In this document: in pieces, positions 40,790 through 45,878 of the stretch
How the letters are laid out: each line of letters opens with the position of its first letter
Position numbering within the stretch: the first letter of the stretch is position 1
IMG/VR virus record: IMGVR_UViG_3300047311_000827
DNA from: a virus
DNA: 45,878 nt
Strand: one strand, 5' to 3'
Made by a program: the position numbers and the translations under genes
The notes under the pieces: model-generated
What the model was told of the DNA's origin: nothing
What the model saw: the letters and a program-made list of their open reading frames with translations, nothing else
Database searches by the model: none

Positions 40790-42912
40790 TTCTCAGTCCT
40801 CTCGATCGCGCCCTTGTCCGGGGCTGATCCGAAGTACAAGATGCCGCCGATCGTGGTGTTGAGTCCCGTCCACCGCCTGCCGGTGTTCCACCAGTCGGCC
40901 TGCTTGATCGGCAGCCAGTTGAAGTGGGTCGAGTCCGCGAACACCAGAGGCGTCTGGTTACCGTTCGTCTCCTGGCCGAACACCTGCATGCCGGTGAGCG
41001 TCCAGTCCGTTCCCTGATAGCGGAAGATGTTGAGGGACGCAGAGTTCGCGAGCACGTCGAAGTTGAACGTGTTCGAGGCACCGCCAGTCGCGGGCATCAG
41101 GATCGTGGTCTGGTTGTTCGAGCCCAGGATGTTGTTCACATAGTGCGTGTTCTCCACGATCCCGCCCACCGCGTAGTCGACCGCCGGCGCCCCGAATCTC
41201 GTCGAGGTGATCGTGTTGCCGACGATCTCCAGGTCCCCAACGTTGCCGCTGCCCTTCATGCCGCGACCGTGGAAGTCTGTCATCTTGTTCCTGAGGATGA
41301 AGATCGGTCCGCCGTCCCAGATCGGCGCCAGCGAGAAGCATGAGTTGTTGTCATGCAGCCAGTTGTCCATGACCAGCACGTTGATCGCGTGGCTGTCGTC
41401 CAACTCGATCGCGTCGTCCGATGTGTGCCTGACGACGTTGTTCGTGATCTCTGCGTCATACACAGAACCCGAGTCAGTCGGATCGCCGGCATCCATGCCG
41501 ATGCCATTGAACACGTTCTCGATCAGGTTGTTGTCGCACACCGTGTTCGTGCCGCGGATCTCGATCTGGTTTGCACTCTCGTATTCGCGGCTCTTAGAGG
41601 CTGAGTAGTGCCAGTCGCCGATGCGCAGGCCGTCCAGGTGGCAGTTGGTCACCGAGCAGTTGTTGGACGTGCCGCCGCCTGCGCCCTTGACCAGGTAGAC
41701 GGCTGGCTGGTTGCAGCCGTAGATCGTGCACGAGTCGATCACGGCGCCGTCGCAGGTTCCAAGCAGACCGCCAGCGATACCGGAGCCCTGCATGTCCGGG
41801 CTCGGGTCGGCTGAATATGCATAGTGAATCCTGGTGCCACCCGAGTAGCGGACCGTGAGGTTAGCGATGCGGACGTTCTTGCGACCGATGTTGATCAGGT
41901 TGTCTAGATACCCGCAGTGAAGAACCATGCCCTGAGGACTCTTGCCGCTGCGGCGCTTCACGTAGAGAGTGTCGTTCTGCCAGATCCATCCCGAGAGCTC
42001 GCCGTAGTTGGAGGATGAGCTCGAGTTCGACACCCAGGTGCTGTCGTCCAGCACTCCCTTGAGCGTCGTCTTGCGGTGGATGAGCTCCGCCCAACCGAGT
42101 ATCACCTGCTGCAGCGAGTCGCCTGGGCCGGTGGCCGCAGGGATGTAGGCCTTCCACGTCGAGTCCTGGTTCGTGTTCAGCCACTTGATCGCCTTGCCCG
42201 GCGCGTAGTAGCCCTTCTCCATCCACTGGTTCGCGCCGCAGATGATCGTCGAGTCACGGTTCGTGCCGTCGCCCTCGATGAACCACGGGCCGCCATCCAC
42301 TGGGAAGTTCGCGGAGCCGAAGTCCAGGCGCTCGTGATACTCACCCGGAGCGATCAGGATGCCGCCGTTGACGCCGTGGTTCGTGGACGCGGCGAGAGCC
42401 GTCTTAGCGGCGTTGATCGTCTTGAACGGATAGGCGAGCGTGCCGTCGTTGGTGTCCACGCCTCGACCCTGATCCACGTAGAAGATCGGGCCGGTGGTCG
42501 TCATCTGCCTGGGCGCGAAGAAGAATACGGTCTGAGGCGCCGTGCTGAAGTTGCCGCCCGGGTCTATGCCCTCGATGAAGAACTCGAAAGGCGTGTTGGG
42601 ATCGCCGAACAGGATGCGGCCCTCGTAGACGTTGCCCGTCGCCTGCTGGGTCTGCCCGTTCGGCCCGAAGCCGATGCGCCTCACCATGACCATGAGGGTG
42701 TCGAACGGGTTGCCCGACGCGAAGACTCTGCCCTTGATCCTGATCACTGCGTTGGAGTCGTCGTCGCCCGTCACGATCGCCTTGATCGCCGCCGACTTCC
42801 ACTGAGACACCACCTGGGTGGAGATGCCGTTGATGCCGTTGCCGGCAATCGCGATCGCAGGCATCACCACGACGAGTGCGATCAACAACCACAGCCTGAT
42901 CTTGCGGTTCAT
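40786..42912 (-). CDS. Secreted right-handed beta-helix protein (pectate-lyase-fold polysaccharide-degrading enzyme candidate)
   Basis: Frame trimmed to the ATG at 42910-42912 with a GGAGGA SD. The signal peptide is MNRKIRLWLLIALVVVMPAIAIAG. IFYVDQGRGVDTNDGTLAYPFKTINAA...ILIAPGEYHE fits a DUF1565-like cap. Repeated N.I/V-type turns follow (NNLIENVFNGIG, ITNNVVRHTSDDAIELD). Confidence 0.65.
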   Translation of the reverse strand: MNRKIRLWLLIALVVVMPAIAIAGNGINGISTQVVSQWKSAAIKAIVTGDDDSNAVIRIKGRVFASGNPFDTLMVMVRRIGFGPNGQTQQATGNVYEGRILFGDPNTPFEFFIEGIDPGGNFSTAPQTVFFFAPRQMTTTGPIFYVDQGRGVDTNDGTLAYPFKTINAAKTALAASTNHGVNGGILIAPGEYHERLDFGSANFPVDGGPWFIEGDGTNRDSTIICGANQWMEKGYYAPGKAIKWLNTNQDSTWKAYIPAATGPGDSLQQVILGWAELIHRKTTLKGVLDDSTWVSNSSSSSNYGELSGWIWQNDTLYVKRRSGKSPQGMVLHCGYLDNLINIGRKNVRIANLTVRYSGGTRIHYAYSADPSPDMQGSGIAGGLLGTCDGAVIDSCTIYGCNQPAVYLVKGAGGGTSNNCSVTNCHLDGLRIGDWHYSASKSREYESANQIEIRGTNTVCDNNLIENVFNGIGMDAGDPTDSGSVYDAEITNNVVRHTSDDAIELDDSHAINVLVMDNWLHDNNSCFSLAPIWDGGPIFILRNKMTDFHGRGMKGSGNVGDLEIVGNTITSTRFGAPAVDYAVGGIVENTHYVNNILGSNNQTTILMPATGGASNTFNFDVLANSASLNIFRYQGTDWTLTGMQVFGQETNGNQTPLVFADSTHFNWLPIKQADWWNTGRRWTGLNTTIGGILYFGSAPDKGAIERTEK

Positions 42913-42930
42913 CTGTCCTCCGTTGACTTG

Positions 42931-43012
42931 GCGGCACCGGCTGCTCGCGAAGGGGTTAGCGAGCCCGAGGTCCTCGGAACCGTCAAGTACGAGGTTCGGT
43001 CGCCGGTGCCGC
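42931..43012. other. 82-nt intergenic element with an 11-bp closing stem and three internal hairpins (cloverleaf-like)
   Basis: gcggcaccggc (42931-42941) pairs with gccggtgccgc (43002-43012). Inner arms: gctcgc/gcgagc, ccgagg/cctcgg and gaacc/ggttc. Confidence 0.5.
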
Positions 43013-43036
43013 ACGATCCTGGTCATCTTACTGCCG

Positions 43037-44416
43037 TCACAGGTTCACGTAGAAGCGACCGTCCTTGCCCTGGATCGTCGCGTTCTGCTCGATGGAGCCG
43101 TCGTTCACCGACGGGAACTGCGTGCCGGTGATGCGTCTGTACTGTGCGCCGAGATTGATGGTGTGGGTGTTCGTCTGGTCACCGTTCACCGCCACGATGC
43201 CGTTCTGGAAGCGTCGAGTCCAGCACCCAGTAGTTCCGGTGAAGTGGGCGGCCTCGATCGGCTGACCCAGCCACCCCATGTGTGCGGCCGTGAAGTCGGT
43301 GACGCCTCCAGGGAGCGCGACGCTGTACTCGTCGGCCCACCACAACGCCGCAGTAGCGTCCTGGTTCCCTTTCCACATCGTGTGCATGCCGCTGAGGATG
43401 CACGACGATGCGAGGCCGAAGCGGCTATTTCGCTCCCACGCATTCGCACCCGGGAAGCCGCCGTCGTTCTCGGACTTGATGAGCGCCGTCCCAGCCGCCG
43501 TCCACGGGCGCGACAGCGCGGTAGTCATGATCTGGTCGAAGCTCTGCGTGCTGTTGTTGATGATCGGCGGCAGGGCGTTTCCACCGCCCTGGCCCGGGTC
43601 CCAACCCTCATAGAGTTCGCCGGTCATCTTGAATGAAGTGGTGTCGTCTAGCACGTTCGAGAAGAACCCGCGATTGAAGTAGCACAGGCCGGTGCCGAGC
43701 ATCGCATTCACGAACGCCTTGCACTCAGCGTCATTCGCTGCATTCAACGCCGCGACCGTGCCGTAGCCCGCTGGGTTCACGTTCGCGAACACGTTGCCGC
43801 CGAACACGTCAAAGAAGTAGCCATCAGCCTTGCCCTGCGCGAACTGCTTCCACAGATTCGCCATGGTAACGCCGATGACAGGGTGGCCGGTACCGCCGTT
43901 TCCATAGTCGATATAGAGACCGGAGATGGGGTTGTTGAAGGCGTAGTAACCCCCGCCGTTCAGAGCGTCGAAGAAGACGCGGCGATCTGGCGGGCCAAGC
44001 ACCTGGAGCCACTGCTGGCCGGCGAGGCTGGTCGTGATCAGAGCTTGAGTGAAGAACTGCCACAACTCGTAGACGAGGATCTTCTGGTCGGGATGGATGC
44101 TCGCTGCGCGGACCAACGGGATGACATTCTGGTTCGACGGCTGCCCCGTGTTCGTCCACGGTCCGGACGCGAACGTCACGAGATGCCGCTTGCCAAGCGC
44201 GGTAATGATGCTCTGGTCAAACACGCCCGGCGAAGTCATCAGCGGAGTTCCGTTGGAGTGGTTGCCCTGGTAGCTCCAGATGCGCGGGAACCCCGACACG
44301 ACCGGCGGCGTCGGTGCCGGCGGCGTCGGATCAGGAACGGGGATTCGAAGGTGCTTCGTCTTATCCTTCATCGTCTCGACGAGCACGCCGATCTGAGCCT
44401 CAACGAACGGCTTCAT
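43037..44416 (-). CDS. Putative glycoside-hydrolase-like (GHL/GH114-type TIM barrel) protein
   Basis: Frame trimmed to the ATG at 44414-44416 (ATGA overlap). 459 aa with a Pro-rich linker PVPDPTPPAPTPP. Aromatic/Gly-rich barrel-like motifs are present (GLYIDYGNGG, DGYFFDVFGG). The family assignment is from memory only. Confidence 0.35.
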   Translation of the reverse strand: MKPFVEAQIGVLVETMKDKTKHLRIPVPDPTPPAPTPPVVSGFPRIWSYQGNHSNGTPLMTSPGVFDQSIITALGKRHLVTFASGPWTNTGQPSNQNVIPLVRAASIHPDQKILVYELWQFFTQALITTSLAGQQWLQVLGPPDRRVFFDALNGGGYYAFNNPISGLYIDYGNGGTGHPVIGVTMANLWKQFAQGKADGYFFDVFGGNVFANVNPAGYGTVAALNAANDAECKAFVNAMLGTGLCYFNRGFFSNVLDDTTSFKMTGELYEGWDPGQGGGNALPPIINNSTQSFDQIMTTALSRPWTAAGTALIKSENDGGFPGANAWERNSRFGLASSCILSGMHTMWKGNQDATAALWWADEYSVALPGGVTDFTAAHMGWLGQPIEAAHFTGTTGCWTRRFQNGIVAVNGDQTNTHTINLGAQYRRITGTQFPSVNDGSIEQNATIQGKDGRFYVNL

Positions 44417-44844
44417 CTCACCCCCGCCGAAGCTGCGATGGCTTCCCTGACGACAATGCACAACCTCTCGACATTCCTGCTGTCGTTCCACATGCGGTTC
44501 ATCCCGCTGGGGTGCGGAACCTTGTAGATCGTCGGCCCGCCCATCCAGACGGCCGACCACCACTCCAATGGTCCCTTGGTGTAGAACGCCGCGGAGACCT
44601 TGGCGCCGAGGCAGACGATGTGTCCCTTGGGATATGCGCCGAGCAGCGCGCTCGCGGAAAAGGATGCATACTTATCACACCACGGATCGCCGTTCATCAG
44701 GTTGTGGCGCTCGAACGTGCTCACGTACTCAGTCTCACTCATGCCGAGCAGGCGACACAGGCGACCACCAGAGGCGCGAGGCGGCAGCGGCCACAGCGGC
44801 TCGCAGCTGTACGGGTTCGACTCGCCAACCAGGACCGGCCTCAC
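44413..44844 (-). CDS. Uracil-DNA-glycosylase-superfamily-like protein with atypical motif A
   Basis: GTG start (GTGA overlap). VLVGESNPYS...ASGGRLCRLLG...IVCLGAKVSAAF...IYKVPHPSGMNRMW follows the order of the UDG family 4/5 motifs (GE.PG...G..L...LG.A...HPS). Confidence 0.4.
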   Translation of the reverse strand: MRPVLVGESNPYSCEPLWPLPPRASGGRLCRLLGMSETEYVSTFERHNLMNGDPWCDKYASFSASALLGAYPKGHIVCLGAKVSAAFYTKGPLEWWSAVWMGGPTIYKVPHPSGMNRMWNDSRNVERLCIVVREAIAASAGVR

Positions 44845-45113
44845 GTAGTTGTCCTCGCCTTGTCGGCGTCACGGATGAGAGCCGCCTTCGCCTTCGTGTC
44901 CGTGATCCTCGACAGCATCTGTTGATACTCGCGGCGCAGAACGTCGGCGCGCCTCTCATGCAACACGGCGAGGGAATCCCAAGCCTGATCCTCGGTGACG
45001 TAGAACTCAGCACCCTTCTCGTCGTTGACGACTTCGGCGATCGTGCATGCCTTCACCGTCTCGTCATTGGCGTACCTCGCCACGATCACGTAGCACGTGG
45101 TGTCCTTGTTCAC
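44841..45113 (-). CDS. Hypothetical protein
   Basis: Frame trimmed to the GTG at 45111-45113 (GTGA overlap). 90 aa. Confidence 0.5.
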   Translation of the reverse strand: MNKDTTCYVIVARYANDETVKACTIAEVVNDEKGAEFYVTEDQAWDSLAVLHERRADVLRREYQQMLSRITDTKAKAALIRDADKARTTT

Positions 45114-45334
45114 CGCGCTTGATCCCGGCACGCGCAGCACTCATAGATCGCGCCCTCAGTGCGCCGCCAGGCGGCGACGTTGCCCGACTTCGCTGGGCCG
45201 GGGAAGATCGTGTCCCAGCAGCACGCGCAGATCTGCATGCCGGTGATCTTGACGAGAGGAGTCCACGTCTCCTTGGCGACCGGCTTCGCGATCTCTCGGA
45301 GGATGCGATCCATCTCAGCGAGCATCTGGGTCAC
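45110..45334 (-). CDS. Small Cys-rich protein
   Basis: 74 aa, GTG start (GTGA overlap). CACCWD...CCACRD. Confidence 0.5.
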   Translation of the reverse strand: MTQMLAEMDRILREIAKPVAKETWTPLVKITGMQICACCWDTIFPGPAKSGNVAAWRRTEGAIYECCACRDQAR

Positions 45335-45744
45335 TCGGTTTCCTTTCTCTTGCTCCTCAGCCAGTAGAACTTCTTGATCGCGCGGCGGTACAGGATCTCA
45401 CAGCCCCAGCATCTCTTCGCAGCGTTGCCGCCGAAGAAACTCTCGCCACACGTCGCGCACTCTCTGCACTTGATCCATCGTCCTGGTCGGTGATGCTTCT
45501 TGCGGCGATGGAGCACGAAGTTCTCGTCCGCAACTCTCTGCTGAGGCTTCAGGTTCTTGAACGCTCTGATCGCTCGCGCCTTCGCGAGCCTGGTCTCGTA
45601 TCCCACGCGCTTCATGATCGCGCCCTTGACCGTTGACCAGTACTGCTTTCGCCAACAGCTATCGTGGCGAGTCCTTTGCTTCCCGAACTTCTTCTTGAGT
45701 GGTATCAACTCGCCGCAGATCTTGCACGGGATTCCCTTCGCCAC
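45331..45744 (-). CDS. Basic Cys-rich (multi zinc-finger-like) protein, first gene of the accessory operon
   Basis: 137 aa, GTG start with a GAAGGAG SD. Cys pairs: CKICG...HDSC, CRECATCG and CWGC. Confidence 0.55.
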   Translation of the reverse strand: MAKGIPCKICGELIPLKKKFGKQRTRHDSCWRKQYWSTVKGAIMKRVGYETRLAKARAIRAFKNLKPQQRVADENFVLHRRKKHHRPGRWIKCRECATCGESFFGGNAAKRCWGCEILYRRAIKKFYWLRSKRKETE

Positions 45745-45751
45745 TCGGAGG

Positions 45752-45878
45752 CTCCTTCTCCGCCACGACCATGATGTACTGACGCCTAGGCAGGAGGCTG
45801 TGCCTCATGAAGCCGTCGCTCGGCGCCGTCACTCGCTTCCAGATCACGCGTCTCACTTGCCGAACAGCTCCCTCACGT
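45752..45878. repeat. Terminal direct repeat copy 2 (exact copy of 1-127)
   Basis: See copy 1. Confidence 0.9.

Noticed and set aside
42931-43012. tRNA in the cloverleaf-like spacer. I also scanned 10487-11089 and 36502-37390 for tRNAs.
   Set aside because: There is no GTTCRANYC T-loop, no 7-nt anticodon loop geometry, and the arm lengths are wrong. No tRNA-like sequence was seen in any non-coding gap.
45659-45856. 65-aa ORF across the circular junction upstream of 45744
   Set aside because: It overlaps the motif-bearing Cys-rich gene out of frame, has no SD, and is most likely leader sequence between the YdaU-like stop and the next operon.
1-45878. Cyanobacterial HIP1 (GCGATCGC) as the explanation for the GATC excess
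   Set aside because: The full octamer is rare; I saw it around 2086 and 6000 and only a few other places. The excess is in the GATC/CGATC core generally.

Overview
GC-rich window (about 60-65% GC by eye) that appears to be one complete tailed-phage genome. The first 127 bp are identical to the last 127 bp (1-127 = 45752-45878), so the unique length is 45,751 bp and the sequence closes into a circle. I call about 62 protein genes, very tightly packed. About 27 junctions are 1-4 nt start/stop overlaps of the ATGA, GTGA, TGATG or TAATG type, and I used these to choose start codons. The ORF track prints M for GTG and TTG starts. All genes are on the minus strand except a six-gene plus-strand island at 11090-14981. 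Transcription logic read on the circle: a 600-bp divergent non-coding region (10487-11089) fires leftward into an early/recombination block (10486 down to 102). That block holds small unknowns, a MoxR-type AAA ATPase, a Cas2-like-fold protein, a VWA/metallopeptidase protein, a putative annealing protein, a Gp157-like protein, a LexA-N-like regulator, a strong intrinsic terminator and a DUF1376/YdaU-like protein. Transcription then wraps to 45744 and runs through a long translationally coupled accessory operon (45744 down to 37391). It encodes Cys-rich proteins, a UDG-fold protein, a glycoside-hydrolase-like protein, a signal-peptide beta-helix protein, a SLOG protein, a SAM methyltransferase, a VRR-NUC nuclease and a papain-like peptidase. 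Next comes an 890-bp non-coding region with a phased CCTGG array (36502-37390). A lambda-style late block follows (36501 down to 14983): Nu1-like TerS, gpA-family TerL, gpW-like protein, lambda-family portal, protease-capsid fusion, two FII-domain fusion proteins, tail terminator, tube, chaperone pair, tape measure, Dit-like, Tal/J-like, duplicated small genes and a lysis cassette. No tRNA, rRNA, CRISPR array, integrase, CI-type repressor, DNA polymerase, helicase or primase was recognised. The most interesting candidate is the plus-strand island. It collects the same four activities T4 uses to replace dC: an all-alpha dCTPase/dUTPase-type NTPase, a dNMP kinase, a dCMP deaminase and a ThyA-fold enzyme. 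The ThyA-fold enzyme carries Asp at the Asn position that specifies dUMP. A C5 DNA methyltransferase sits next to them. All functional calls are motif recognition by eye and from memory; no searches were run.
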